Of a stretch of 64,000 bases of DNA, positions 42,207 through 53,945 are shown piece after piece. Both the position numbers and the translations under genes were made by a program. The notes beneath the pieces are model-generated. The model searched no databases. It saw only the letters and a list, made by a program, of their open reading frames with translations, and was not told the origin of the DNA. Numbering within the stretch: the stretch's first letter is position 1; the number at the start of each line of letters is the position of its first letter. The stretch spans positions 960,001 to 1,024,000 of the forward strand of contig CAXXKT010000001.1 of the NCBI GenBank assembly GCA_963662405.2, written 5' to 3'. The stretch comes from Syntrophales bacterium. Lineage in GTDB: Bacteria > Desulfobacterota > Syntrophia > Syntrophales > UBA2210.

Positions 42207-42605
42207 TTACAGCAGGGTGACGATGACCTGTCGTGATGCCCGGGGTCCGTCAAACTCACAGAAGAAGATATTCTGCCACGTACTGAGAAGGATTTGGCCG
42301 TCCTGCACGGGGATGACTTCCGACGGCCCCACGATTCCCGCTTTGATATGGGCGTCACCGTTGCCATCAATCCGATCATGCAGCCACTGCCCGTTGGGGG
42401 CTATGGTCCGGAGACAGCTGAGCACATCAATCGGTATGTTCGGGTCCCAGTTCTCCTGTATCATTATGGCCGCCGTTGCTCCCAGCGCGTAGAGTGAGCA
42501 GAGCGTATGCCCGGCACCATGCGCGGATACGATGGTTCGAACCTTCTCCGTGATATCCACCAGCTCTTCCCGGGATGAGGTGCTGAAGGTGATGGTCGTT
42601 CTCAT
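42207..42605 (-). CDS. yjbQ: YjbQ (UPF0047) family protein
   Basis: LVDIT, ATAAIMIQENWDP, HD..DGNGDAHIK and WQNIFFCEFDGPR. Confidence 0.88.
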   Translation of the reverse strand: MRTTITFSTSSREELVDITEKVRTIVSAHGAGHTLCSLYALGATAAIMIQENWDPNIPIDVLSCLRTIAPNGQWLHDRIDGNGDAHIKAGIVGPSEVIPVQDGQILLSTWQNIFFCEFDGPRASRQVIVTLL

Positions 42606-42720
42606 GATCTTCTCCCGTCGGTGGTCACGCGAAGGGAGATCGTGATCTGTTCGCGCGATTATGGTATTTCCCCTGCTCGGCCGGGGGAAAGTATACGAGA
42701 GAGGAAAACGGCGGTCAAGG

Positions 42721-44676
42721 TCAATCGTTACGCGTCATTTCGTCTATTTCTTCTTCAATAGCCGCCCATGTGTCGTACAGAGACGCCAGCCGGGAGGTTG
42801 TCTGGGTATATTCTACCTGGAGGGACCGGATGAAGGCATCATCCTGGTAGGTCTTTTGGTCTGAGAAGGCGCATTCCATCTCGCCTTTTTTCCGCTCATA
42901 GGCGTTGATCTCCTGCTCGATCAGTTCCTGCGATGCTTTCAACGGTTTCAGTTGCCGGTAGCGCTCCTGCCGACTCTCGGCTTCCTTCCGTTTCCGATCT
43001 TTCTGTGAAGAGGCCGGATTTGTCGTTCCGGAGAGGGTATCCGCCGCGGCGAGCGGTTCCTGCTGGTGGCACCTCTCCAGGTATTCGTCGACATTCCCAT
43101 GATACAGGTGTAGTGCATTGTCTTTCAGGACCGCTACTTTGGTGATAAGAGGAGTGAGAAAATCCCTGTCGTGAGAGACGATCAAATAGGCCCCGGGGAA
43201 GCGTTCGAGACTGCTCTGGAGGATGGCTTTTGACTGGGTGTCGAGGTGATTGGTCGGTTCATCCATGATCAGCAGGTTCGCCGGTTTCAGGATCATACTT
43301 GCGAGGGCGAGCCTGCTCTTCTCACCCCCCGAGAGGACGGAAACCGGTTTAAAGGCGTCGTCGCCCGAAAAGAGGAAACAACCGAGGAGCGTTCGCAGCT
43401 CGCCGGGGGCCTTCAGGGGAGAGGCGGCATCAAGTGTTTCCAAGATCGTCTTGCCCGGATCCAGTGCTTCCACGGTATTCTGAGCATAGTACGAGAGTAT
43501 GGCATGGTGTCCGGGCGTTCGGTGGCCGACCTGAAAGGTATCGATCCCGGCGATAATACGAGCGAGGGTCGATTTTCCGGAACCGTTTGGTCCGAGGAGG
43601 GCGATTCGATCCGTGCGTTCAATGGTGAGATCAACCCCCTCGAGGACCCGGTGGTCACCGTAGGCCTTCGAAAGGTTCTCGATTTCCATGACCACCCGAC
43701 CGGCACGGGGCGGGGCAGGAAAATCGAGGGACATGGAGTGCCCATCGCTCTCTATCTCAATCGTCTCCATCTTTTCGAGTTGCTTGATGCGGCTCTGGAC
43801 CTGCCGTGCCTTGGTGCTTTTGTATCGGAATCGCTCGATAAACCGGTTCGTGCTGTCGACCATGCGCTGCCTATTTTTGGAAGAAGCCTCGATGATCGCA
43901 CGACGGTCGGCCCGCTGGGTCAGATATGAAGAATAATTGCCGGAATATTCTGTCGCCATTCCCCTCGCTATCTCGATTACCGTGCCGACGAGGTTGTCGA
44001 GGAAACGGCTGTCATGGGAGACCAGGACGAGCGAACCGTGGTAGCCCTTCAGATATTCTTCGATCCACTCCAGTGATTCAATGTCGAGATGATTCGTCGG
44101 TTCATCGAGCATCAGGATCGTCGGTTCACGGAGAAGGAGTTTGGCAAGGGCTATCCGCATCTGCCACCCACCACTGAACTCCTCCGTCATACGGGAGAAG
44201 TCGGTTTCGGAGAAACCGAGACCGGTGAGGACCTGTTTCATCTTTACCTCGACGGTGTACCCCTCGCGCTGTTCCAGAATAGACTGCGCCCGCCCCATTT
44301 CGTTCACCAGTTCGTCCAGACCGGGAGTGCTTGATCCCCCGTGGGCGGTCATGGCTTCGATTTCAATCCCAATTTCTTCAATCCTCTTCTGGAGACGGTT
44401 CAGATCATCGAAGGCGGTTGCCGTTTCCTCAAGGAGAGAACGGCCGGTATGATATACGTGGTCTTGAGGAAGGTATCCGACGCTGTTGAAACGAGACCTG
44501 AGGATTGTGCCTCCGTCAGGTTCTATGTCCCCCAGGATGATCTTCATGAGGGTCGACTTCCCTGTTCCATTACGCCCGACAAAAGCGATTCGGGTCCCGT
44601 CCTCTATGTGAAGGGAAAGATCCCTGAAGAGATATTGTCCGCTATACTGCTTTGATATGTCCTGGAGAGAGATCAT
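42721..44676 (-). CDS. ABC-F family ATP-binding protein (ribosome-associated)
   Basis: Two ABC domains (GRNGTGKST/FSGGW/LDEPTNHLD and GPNGSGKST/LSGGEK/MDEPTNHLD), no TM segments, C-terminal coiled coil. Confidence 0.93.
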   Translation of the reverse strand: MISLQDISKQYSGQYLFRDLSLHIEDGTRIAFVGRNGTGKSTLMKIILGDIEPDGGTILRSRFNSVGYLPQDHVYHTGRSLLEETATAFDDLNRLQKRIEEIGIEIEAMTAHGGSSTPGLDELVNEMGRAQSILEQREGYTVEVKMKQVLTGLGFSETDFSRMTEEFSGGWQMRIALAKLLLREPTILMLDEPTNHLDIESLEWIEEYLKGYHGSLVLVSHDSRFLDNLVGTVIEIARGMATEYSGNYSSYLTQRADRRAIIEASSKNRQRMVDSTNRFIERFRYKSTKARQVQSRIKQLEKMETIEIESDGHSMSLDFPAPPRAGRVVMEIENLSKAYGDHRVLEGVDLTIERTDRIALLGPNGSGKSTLARIIAGIDTFQVGHRTPGHHAILSYYAQNTVEALDPGKTILETLDAASPLKAPGELRTLLGCFLFSGDDAFKPVSVLSGGEKSRLALASMILKPANLLIMDEPTNHLDTQSKAILQSSLERFPGAYLIVSHDRDFLTPLITKVAVLKDNALHLYHGNVDEYLERCHQQEPLAAADTLSGTTNPASSQKDRKRKEAESRQERYRQLKPLKASQELIEQEINAYERKKGEMECAFSDQKTYQDDAFIRSLQVEYTQTTSRLASLYDTWAAIEEEIDEMTRND

Positions 44677-44722
44677 GGCTGGTCGAATACCCGGTGACAA
44701 GTGTCATCCAGATTGTTGATAT

Positions 44723-45217
44723 TCAAACGCTTTCCTTCTCGGAGACTTCCACGCTTACCATGCGGTCACCCTGTCGGATTGCATCGACCACATCTTGGCC
44801 CGTTAGTATCTCCCCGAATACCGTGTGGTGTCCGTCCAGGTGCGGCTGGGGCGAATGAGTGATGAAAAACTGACTCCCGTTCGTATGCGGCCCGGCGTTT
44901 GCCATGGAGATGACCCCCGTCTCGTGCCTCAAGGGGTTGTCCTGAATTTCATCCTCAAATTGATACCCCGGTCCCCCCGCACCGGTCCCGGTGGGGTCAC
45001 CGCCCTGGATCATGAAATCGCTGATCACCCGGTGGAACAGCAGGCCATTATAAAACCCTTCCCGTATCAGAAATACGAAGTTGTTGACCGTCTTGGGGGC
45101 ATGCTGGGGATACAGTGCCAACTCAATATCACCCCTGTCAGTCTTCATAGAGACCTGGTAGATCATTTCCGTATTGATCTGCATGGCCGGAGGATCGCTC
45201 CATTGGTGTTGATTCAT
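44723..45217 (-). CDS. Cyclophilin-type peptidyl-prolyl cis-trans isomerase
   Basis: [28 protein letters not shown] and [17 protein letters not shown]. Confidence 0.95.
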   Translation of the reverse strand: MNQHQWSDPPAMQINTEMIYQVSMKTDRGDIELALYPQHAPKTVNNFVFLIREGFYNGLLFHRVISDFMIQGGDPTGTGAGGPGYQFEDEIQDNPLRHETGVISMANAGPHTNGSQFFITHSPQPHLDGHHTVFGEILTGQDVVDAIRQGDRMVSVEVSEKESV

Positions 45218-45340
45218 AGGTTTTCTCCTTGTAATAATCGTATTGCCGCTCGTGTTTACATCTTGTTACGTCCCGCAACAATGGGGAAAGACTGAAAAAC
45301 GGAGACGTCGATTCATCCGTTCATGGTGGAAGCTCCTCCC

Positions 45341-46411
45341 TTATGCCACTGGGGATTTGAGCGACTCAGTCTGATAATGGGTGGTAAGGGTATCGATAAT
45401 CGTATCGATATCCCCATCCATAATATTTTCAAGATTATACAGGGTGAGTCCGATTCGATGATCCGTCATCCGACCCTGGGGGAAATTGTAGGTCCTGATC
45501 CGTTGGCTTCGATCCCCGCTTCCGACCTGCTGTTTTCTCGTTTCGGAGATCGCGGCATCGTGCTCCTCGCGGGCCTGTTCAAAGAGTCTGGCTCGGAGGA
45601 CCTTGAGGGCCTTTGCACGGTTCTTGTGCTGTGATTTTTCATCCTGACAGGTAACGACCAAGCCGGTTGGTAGATGGGTAATCCGGACGGCGGAGTCCGT
45701 CGTATTGACGCTTTGTCCTCCGTGTCCTGTGGATCGATAGACGTCGATCCGAAGATCGTTTGGATCGATATTGACCTCCACCTCCTCGGCTTCGGGAAGA
45801 ACGGCGACCGTGACGGCGGAGGTATGGATTCTGCCCTGTGCCTCGGTCAGCGGTACCCTTTGGACCCGGTGAACACCGCTCTCATACTTCAGCCTGCTGT
45901 AAGCGCCGTTTCCCTCGATGAGGAGGATCACCTCCTTAAATCCGCCGATACCTCCGGTGATACTGGAGCTGATCATTTCCATTTTCCAGTTGCATCGTTC
46001 CGCGTAGCGGGCGTACATCCTGTACAGATCCCCGGCAAAGAGTCCTGCCTCGTCTCCTCCCGTACCGGCCCGGATTTCCAGGACGACGTTTCGCTCGTCG
46101 TTCGGATCCTTGGGGAGTAAAAGGAACTTTAAGCGTTCTTCCAGGGCCTCCTGGTTTTCCTTGAGGTGGGGCAGCTCCTCTTTTGCCAGTTCCCGGAGTT
46201 CTTCATCGCCCTCTCGGAGGAGGCTTTTATTATCCTCTATCTGGGCGCCGACACGACTGTATGCCCGATAGGCCTCGACGATATCGGCAATGGCGGCGTG
46301 TTCCTTGGCATATTTCTGATATGAGTTATAATTGGCTATTATCGCGGGGTCACTCAGCAGACCTTCAAGATCCTCGTAGCGCTTTTCGATTTCTTTCAGC
46401 TTTGACAGCAT
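45341..46411 (-). CDS. prfA: Peptide chain release factor 1
   Basis: [25 protein letters not shown] (PxT motif of RF1), GGQ and [11 protein letters not shown]. Confidence 0.97.
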   Translation of the reverse strand: MLSKLKEIEKRYEDLEGLLSDPAIIANYNSYQKYAKEHAAIADIVEAYRAYSRVGAQIEDNKSLLREGDEELRELAKEELPHLKENQEALEERLKFLLLPKDPNDERNVVLEIRAGTGGDEAGLFAGDLYRMYARYAERCNWKMEMISSSITGGIGGFKEVILLIEGNGAYSRLKYESGVHRVQRVPLTEAQGRIHTSAVTVAVLPEAEEVEVNIDPNDLRIDVYRSTGHGGQSVNTTDSAVRITHLPTGLVVTCQDEKSQHKNRAKALKVLRARLFEQAREEHDAAISETRKQQVGSGDRSQRIRTYNFPQGRMTDHRIGLTLYNLENIMDGDIDTIIDTLTTHYQTESLKSPVA

Positions 46412-46613
46412 GGTGTCTTTCCTGGGTTACGAGTGACGTACTGCAATGGGAGAGGTGGCGTTCGAAGATAAACCTTACAAGAAGACCAAAAACCCCGAAC
46501 CAAGCCAACCGGACGGGCGTGCTGATGGCACGGTTCACGCCATAGCATCACTTCACACCGAAGAATGTTGGAGAAGCCGCGGCTACACTGTACCGGGTTG
46601 CTGACACATGTCA

Positions 46614-46820
46614 CTACTTGCTACGGTCGCCATATTTGCGGTTAAATTTTTCTATCCGTCCCGCGGTATCCATGATCTTCTGCTTACCGGTGAAGAACGG
46701 ATGACACTTGGAACAGATCTCTACCTTGATATCACCTGCCGTTGATCTGGTTTCGATAATATTTCCACACACACACGTCACCGTTGAATTCTTATATTCC
46801 GGGTGAATATCCTTTTTCAT
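46614..46820 (-). CDS. rpmE: 50S ribosomal protein L31 (zinc-binding type)
   Basis: [32 protein letters not shown]. Confidence 0.97.
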   Translation of the reverse strand: MKKDIHPEYKNSTVTCVCGNIIETRSTAGDIKVEICSKCHPFFTGKQKIMDTAGRIEKFNRKYGDRSK

Positions 46821-46906
46821 GCTCGTACCAGCCTCCTCACAAATTAAAACTGCGTATTATATCCATATCAAAATGGATTTCAAGAAAATAAATCAGTCAG
46901 AAGATA

Positions 46907-48154
<1,248 letters not shown>

Positions 48155-48518
48155 ATCTAATTCCTCTATATTGGGGTTTTCGTACCGACGCTTACTCGCT
48201 ATCACTTACACACGCTACGCGCGCACACAGGGCTCATGCGGTTCGGGAGGACAAACAGTGTATCTGACTGAAAACAATGGAATGCATACAAAGGCCTTGG
48301 AGACAATCCAGATCTTTCTTACGATACTCACTTCCTCACAACGGTATGGACCTGTTTGGTGGTCGTTATAGAATAATGCTTAAATTTATGAAGCATCAGG
48401 GCTTTCCAAAGGCCCTTTCATACAGGTTTTCCTGTGCAATGATCTCGTCTTCTTGGTAGCTAACACGGTCTCCTGAAAATCTTTAGAAAGGAAGGTTTTA
48501 GCACATGAAAGTTGCTTC

Positions 48519-49415
48519 CTATATGAAATCGGAGGGGGTGTCAAGTAGTTTTTTGCTTTTCATCAGTTCCGACTCCTCGTGCAGCATAAGGAAGCTGATC
48601 TGTCTGCCCGTGTTACCCTCCTCCGCCCTGTGCGAATAAAAGATGTCATGCCGACAGGAGGTACAGATATCAGCGGAGAATATGTTTTCCGGGGGAATCC
48701 CCGTGTGAAGAAGCTGCAAACGATTAGCTGCGGGCAGATTACACATCCATTTTCCCGCCCTTCTTCCCGGCGTGAAGGCGCGTTGTTGTGCCGGTGTATT
48801 ATCGAAGGAGTGAAAAACGGACGCATCCACTTCGTAACAGCACGGCCCGATGGAAGGACCGATGGCGACGATGATATCGGTCGGGTCGGAGGCGAATACG
48901 TGGATCATCCGCTCGATTGCGTTGGTGGCGATTCCACTGGCAGTGCCCCGCCATCCGGCGTGGACGACCCCGATGATTCTTTTCATCCGATCGGCAATCA
49001 GCAGCGGGACGCAATCGGCGGTCTTGATCCCGATGGCGATTCCCTGAACAGCGGTCAAGATCCCGTCGTATGGAAGATAAGCAGTGGAATCGAGCCGTTG
49101 CGTCGTCTCATCGATGATCAGAAGCCGGTCACCGTGCACCTGTGATACCGTTGCGGGATTATCGCGCGGAAGGTCGAAGGCGGTGCGAAGCCGTTCCCGG
49201 TTGTGTTCCAGGTGTTCTTCGCTATCGCCCACCTGCACCCCGAAATTAAAATCGGTCAGTCGCCCCTCGCTGGTCCCGCCCCACCGGGTGCAGAAGCCGT
49301 GGGTTATCGACCCACACTCCTCCAGTGCTCGGCACTCGATGTATCGCATCGTACCCCGGCGGGTGAGCATGAATGTACCGTTGGTCCCCCCGTGGTAGCT
49401 GGTATAGTCAGGCAT
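48519..49415 (-). CDS. pgeF: Peptidoglycan editing factor / purine nucleoside phosphorylase PgeF (YfiH)
   Basis: HGFCTRWGG, QVHG, TADCVP, HAGWRG, GPSIGPCCYEV and FYSHR..GRQ. The start is uncertain (49415/49370/49349). Confidence 0.92.
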   Translation of the reverse strand: MPDYTSYHGGTNGTFMLTRRGTMRYIECRALEECGSITHGFCTRWGGTSEGRLTDFNFGVQVGDSEEHLEHNRERLRTAFDLPRDNPATVSQVHGDRLLIIDETTQRLDSTAYLPYDGILTAVQGIAIGIKTADCVPLLIADRMKRIIGVVHAGWRGTASGIATNAIERMIHVFASDPTDIIVAIGPSIGPCCYEVDASVFHSFDNTPAQQRAFTPGRRAGKWMCNLPAANRLQLLHTGIPPENIFSADICTSCRHDIFYSHRAEEGNTGRQISFLMLHEESELMKSKKLLDTPSDFI

Positions 49416-50400
49416 GGCCGCTTCGCTCCTTCAAGGCCGAACAGACCCGGACTATATCATTCGGGAGCGGGGCCGAAAAGTGTCGTATCTCTCCGGATAT
49501 CGGGTGGTAAAAAGAAAGTTCGCTTGCATGAAGGGCCTGTCGGCGCATTTGTTTCAACGCCGTCTGCCCTGCGTTATCCGGTACCATGGCAATCCGTTTT
49601 TTTGAGTTTCCGTAGACGGTGTCTCCGACAACGGGATACCCGATCGCGTTCATGTGGACCCGGATCTGGTGGGTCCGTCCGGTTTCGATCCGGACGGCCA
49701 GGAGTGTTGCGATACCATACCGTTCCTCGACCTGCCAGTGAGTCAGCGAATCCTTCCCACGCCTGCTCCCGGTGGACATCTTTTTCCGGTCCACGGGGTG
49801 TCTCCCGATCGGCAGGGCGATGATCCCCTCCCCTTCCTGAGGCTCTCCATGCACGAGGGCTCGGTATAGTTTGGTCACGCTATGTTCCTTGAACTGGGTG
49901 GCCAGCCCGAGGTGGGCCGCATCCGATTTGGCGGTTACGATCAGGCCCGAGGTGTTCTTGTCCAGACGATGCACGATACCGGGTCTTTTAACCCCGCCGA
50001 TCCCTGAAAGATCGGTACAGTGAAACAAGAGGGCGTTCACGAGGGTCCCACCGTAGTTGCCCGCTGCCGGGTGGACCACCATCCCGGCCGGTTTGTTCAC
50101 GACAAGGAGGTGCGCGTCTTCGTAAATGATATCGAGGGGCAGGTCCTCCGGGGCAAGGTCGTATTCTTCCGGCTGTACCCGCTCGACGAGGATCAGATCA
50201 CCGCTCTTCAGGCGGTACCCCGGTTTTACCGGCAGATCCCCGACCCGTACCCGACCCTTCTCAACGACCCGCTTGATCTGAGAACGGCTTCCAAAGAGAC
50301 CCGTATACGATAGAAAGATATCGAGTCGTTTCCCGCCCTGATCGGGGGGTACCCTCATGGTAAACACTCTCTCATCTCCGGTTTGTGGCTGAATGGTCAT
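49408..50400 (-). CDS. rluD: RluA/RluD-family pseudouridine synthase
   Basis: S4 domain, VNKPAGMVVHP, GIVHRLDKNTSG, ETGRTHQIRVH and RQALHA; adjacent to pgeF. The start is uncertain. Confidence 0.9.
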   Translation of the reverse strand: MTIQPQTGDERVFTMRVPPDQGGKRLDIFLSYTGLFGSRSQIKRVVEKGRVRVGDLPVKPGYRLKSGDLILVERVQPEEYDLAPEDLPLDIIYEDAHLLVVNKPAGMVVHPAAGNYGGTLVNALLFHCTDLSGIGGVKRPGIVHRLDKNTSGLIVTAKSDAAHLGLATQFKEHSVTKLYRALVHGEPQEGEGIIALPIGRHPVDRKKMSTGSRRGKDSLTHWQVEERYGIATLLAVRIETGRTHQIRVHMNAIGYPVVGDTVYGNSKKRIAMVPDNAGQTALKQMRRQALHASELSFYHPISGEIRHFSAPLPNDIVRVCSALKERSGHA

Positions 50401-50480
50401 GGTAATAGTGGTTGTGACGGGGAGCAAAGAACCCTTTCTGTGAGTCTTTTCCGTGAACGGGCGATGGAATGGACGGATCC

Positions 50481-51899
50481 TCACGCCCCGGCGGCTATCC
50501 GTGCCATACCGTCCGCGATAAAAACGAATTCCTCATCCGTGACGGTACGAAGATCGAGGAGGACCTTGTCATCATAGACCCTCGTAATAATGGGAATTTC
50601 TGATTGTCGCAATTTCTTTTCCAGTGCGCTCGTTGAGAGCGAGCGGGACTCGACGGCGATAACGATAGTGGGAATCTCCTGCGTGGGGAGAGATCCTCCC
50701 CCGGCCAGCGATGTGTCTGCCCGCGTGGTGAATGTCATGTCCGAAAGGGAACGGTCCTTCAGGAGTGCCACCAATGACCGTGCCCTCTTTTCGACCTCGG
50801 CAAGCGGTTCCGTCAGGGCACGCAGGACCGGTATGTCGGAGATCGCAGCGCCGAGATCAAGATAATGGATCATCGTTGCCTCGAGGGCCGCCAGGGTCAA
50901 TTTATCGATCCGGAGTGCCCGATTGAGGGGGTTCTTCTTGATCTGTTCGAGGATAACCTTTCTCCCCACGATGATTCCTGCCTGCGGTCCCCCGAGAAGC
51001 TTATCACCGCTGAAGGTGACGACATCAACGCCACTTCTGATCACCTCTTGGACCGTCGGTTCTCCTGCGAAACCATAGGAACCGAGATTCACGAAGCAGC
51101 CGCTTCCCAGGTCGTTCATCACCGGCACAGTCTTTTGCTTGCCGAGTGCCACCAGCTCGTCCAGGCCAATTTCTTCGATGAAGCCGACCACTTTAAAGTT
51201 ACTCGTGTGGACCTTCAGGATCAAGCCGGTATTGGCGTCGATGGCCTTTTCATAATCGGCGTAGTGGGTGCGATTCGTGGTTCCCACCTCCCTCAGAATG
51301 GCACCGCTCTTTTCCATCACCTCGGGGATACGGAATTCACCCCCAATCTCGATCAGTTCGCCCCGTGAAACGATTGCCTCTTTCCCCTCAGATAGGGTGT
51401 TGAGGGCAAGGAGGACGGCGGCGGCATTATTATTGACGATGAGGGCATCTTCCGCCCCCGATACGGCGCAGATGATTTCTCTGACGTGGTCGTACCGTAT
51501 CCCCCGTTTCCCCTGATCGAGGTCGAACTCGAGATTGGAATACCCTTCGCTGATGGCGGAGAGTCGATTGATGGCTTCCCTGCAGAGCGGCGCTCTTCCG
51601 AGATTCGTGTGCAGGATGATACCCGTCGCGTTGACCACGCGGCGGAGGCTTGGGATATAGAGGGATATCAACTCATTGCGTACCCTCTGGGCCACCTCAT
51701 CGGGCGAAACGGGAGGAAACTGGACTTTTTCCCCCTTCGCGGTCAGTATCGTCCTTCGCATCTCTTCGACCACCTGGCGACACTTCCTCACCACAATCTC
51801 ACGGGACATCCCCTCAAAGGAACCCTCTCGTTCGAGAATGATAAGCAGTTCATCAATCTTCGGGAGATTTTTCAGTAGATCGTTGGCCGTATCACTCAT
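50481..51899 (-). CDS. selA: L-seryl-tRNA(Sec) selenium transferase (selenocysteine synthase)
   Basis: VVNATGIILHTNLGRAPL, VNNNAAAV, VSRGELIEIGGEFR, EVGTTNRT, KVHTSNF and FSGDKLLGGPQAG. Confidence 0.97.
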   Translation of the reverse strand: MSDTANDLLKNLPKIDELLIILEREGSFEGMSREIVVRKCRQVVEEMRRTILTAKGEKVQFPPVSPDEVAQRVRNELISLYIPSLRRVVNATGIILHTNLGRAPLCREAINRLSAISEGYSNLEFDLDQGKRGIRYDHVREIICAVSGAEDALIVNNNAAAVLLALNTLSEGKEAIVSRGELIEIGGEFRIPEVMEKSGAILREVGTTNRTHYADYEKAIDANTGLILKVHTSNFKVVGFIEEIGLDELVALGKQKTVPVMNDLGSGCFVNLGSYGFAGEPTVQEVIRSGVDVVTFSGDKLLGGPQAGIIVGRKVILEQIKKNPLNRALRIDKLTLAALEATMIHYLDLGAAISDIPVLRALTEPLAEVEKRARSLVALLKDRSLSDMTFTTRADTSLAGGGSLPTQEIPTIVIAVESRSLSTSALEKKLRQSEIPIITRVYDDKVLLDLRTVTDEEFVFIADGMARIAAGA

Positions 51900-51987
51900 G
51901 CTGGTACGAACCCTCCCCGTATCGGAACCTGTCACCGATCAGCCACGCAAATAGAAAAAACCGTTCGAAATTGCACATGACAAACCC

Positions 51988-53253
51988 CTATTTGCTCAAG
52001 CAGAAATCCCTAAAGTTGTTAACGGCGGTGAAGAATTCCCGCATCATGATGACCCAGTAATACCGACCGCGGTCTGTCAGGATCAAGGATCCTCCGTGAT
52101 AGCGCATCCCTCCGGCCAGCATGAAGGCGAGGATCTCCTTCCAGAGATAGCGGAGGGCCCGGCCCCGGTATTTCCTGTCCAGGGAGGCGATTTTCATCTC
52201 CAGCCCGAACAACTGCATCAGGAAATCGTACTGTGCCTGTTGGGGGGGGGAGAAGTCGCGCGATGCCATCAGGGGAATTTCTCCCCCGTCGATAGTGTCG
52301 ATATAACGAGGAATATCGAAAGTGTTTGCGTAACACCTCCCGTCCATATATCCGATTGATCCACTACCCAGGCCGGCGTATTCATCATAATCGACGATGT
52401 ACTCGTCGACCATTGTCCCGCGTCGGGAAAAACACCAGGCCGAGGAAAAACGGTACGAAGGGGTAAGCCGTTCTGAAATGATCCGGTAAAAGGATCTCTC
52501 TTTCCGGAAGTCAACCCGTCCCATCGTTCGCTCCACCTGCTGTCGCGTCGAGTCCGATACCATGAGGGGATAATAGGTCACCTGATCCACACCCGTGTCG
52601 ATCAGGATATCCAGGTCCCGGGTCAGGACCTCTTCCGTCTGGATGGGAAAGTTGAAGATCATATCGGCGTTCAGGGTATCGAACTGTCCCGACATTTCCC
52701 TGATCCGTTGAGCGATCGATGAGCCGCTCCCGTATTTTTCGTATCTTCCCATCGCCTTCAGGAGGCCGTCGTCGAAACTTTGCACTCCCACCGAGAGACG
52801 GTTGACCCCACACCCCTTCAGTATGGTGACGTTGTGAGGAACCAGATGGTTGGGATTCGTTTCGACGGAGATTTCTTTGATACCGAAGCAGTCTGTCGCG
52901 GTCGCCAGTGTCTGTGCCAACTCGTCCATGAGGATGGTTGGAGTCCCGCCTCCGACGTAGAGACCGGTGAAATCATACCCTGCGTCGCGATACAGTCGCA
53001 TTTCCGTGCGGAGGGCATCATGATATCGCCGGCAGAGCGGTTGGTCCAGGACGACACGATTGAAAGAACAGTAGGGACAGAGGCTCTCACAGAAGGGGAT
53101 ATGGATATACAGGAGTCGGGCGCGATGCGCCCGTCCCTGAGGGAGGGAGGTACCTACCCCCTCTTCGAAGCGCATGGCGCGCGAAAAGGCCCGCTTCGTG
53201 ACTGCCGTTATAATCTGATCTATCACCGTAAATCCGTCCCTTTTCCCTTTCAC
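51988..53253 (-). CDS. menK: HemN-like class C radical SAM protein, probably menaquinone methyltransferase MenK/MqnK
   Basis: LYIHIPFCESLCPYCSF, YVGGGTPT, RLSVGVQSF and QVTYYPLM, with a C-terminal MMREFF..N segment as I recall for MenK/MqnK. The family call is firm; the specific function is inferred. Confidence 0.68.
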   Translation of the reverse strand: MKGKRDGFTVIDQIITAVTKRAFSRAMRFEEGVGTSLPQGRAHRARLLYIHIPFCESLCPYCSFNRVVLDQPLCRRYHDALRTEMRLYRDAGYDFTGLYVGGGTPTILMDELAQTLATATDCFGIKEISVETNPNHLVPHNVTILKGCGVNRLSVGVQSFDDGLLKAMGRYEKYGSGSSIAQRIREMSGQFDTLNADMIFNFPIQTEEVLTRDLDILIDTGVDQVTYYPLMVSDSTRQQVERTMGRVDFRKERSFYRIISERLTPSYRFSSAWCFSRRGTMVDEYIVDYDEYAGLGSGSIGYMDGRCYANTFDIPRYIDTIDGGEIPLMASRDFSPPQQAQYDFLMQLFGLEMKIASLDRKYRGRALRYLWKEILAFMLAGGMRYHGGSLILTDRGRYYWVIMMREFFTAVNNFRDFCLSK

Positions 53254-53360
53254 ACGTGCACTATCAGGGTTTTCATATTATTGCAATAGCGTTGAAATAA
53301 CACTTGGATGGTGTTATAGGAATATCCATAATACGGAAGGAAATGCCCCGATAAAACGCA

Positions 53361-53918
53361 ATGAAGACTTGGAAACTATGGGAAAACCAGAAAATTAATA
53401 AGGAGGAAACGCGTCTCCTGCGGCGACGCGCCGATGAGATCCCGATTCCCTTCGATGCCGAAGGAAAAAGGGATATAGAGATCCTGATCGATGCCTTCCT
53501 GAGCCGAGATGACGCCGCGGGGCTTGCCGCTCCGCAGATAGGGATCAGCAAGCGGGCCGTGGTGTTCAAAAACGGTAATTTCGGAGACAGAGAACCGCTC
53601 AGGAAAGGAGGCGGCCAGTACGACGTCTTGATAAACCCCCGGATCACCCAAATACGGGGTGATCGGGAAAAGGAACGGGAGGGGTGTCTGTCTTGTCCGG
53701 ATATCAGCGTCGATGTCGTCAGGGCCACCTCTATCAAAGTGAAGGCGTTTGATGAAAAGGGGAACAAGATCAACAAACGCTATACGGGATTCCTCGCGCG
53801 TGTTGTCCAACACGAGCTTGATCACCTTGATGGAAAACTGATCGTCGATCGCGGGGTAGCGGTCTATTACCCGAAAGAGAAAGCACCGTTTTTTGACGCG
53901 ATCTTCACGGGGGAATAA
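53361..53918 (+). CDS. def: Peptide deformylase
   Basis: GLAAPQIG, EGCLS and QHELDHLDG motifs. Confidence 0.94.
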   Translation: MKTWKLWENQKINKEETRLLRRRADEIPIPFDAEGKRDIEILIDAFLSRDDAAGLAAPQIGISKRAVVFKNGNFGDREPLRKGGGQYDVLINPRITQIRGDREKEREGCLSCPDISVDVVRATSIKVKAFDEKGNKINKRYTGFLARVVQHELDHLDGKLIVDRGVAVYYPKEKAPFFDAIFTGE

Positions 53919-53945
53919 AAGCGTTTCGGATTCGGAGGTGTGTGG

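Noticed and set aside
46526..46540. Sigma54-like TGGCACGGTTCACGC on the plus strand
   Set aside because: It points antisense into rpmE, lacks the TT before GC, and is explained as one arm of a hairpin.
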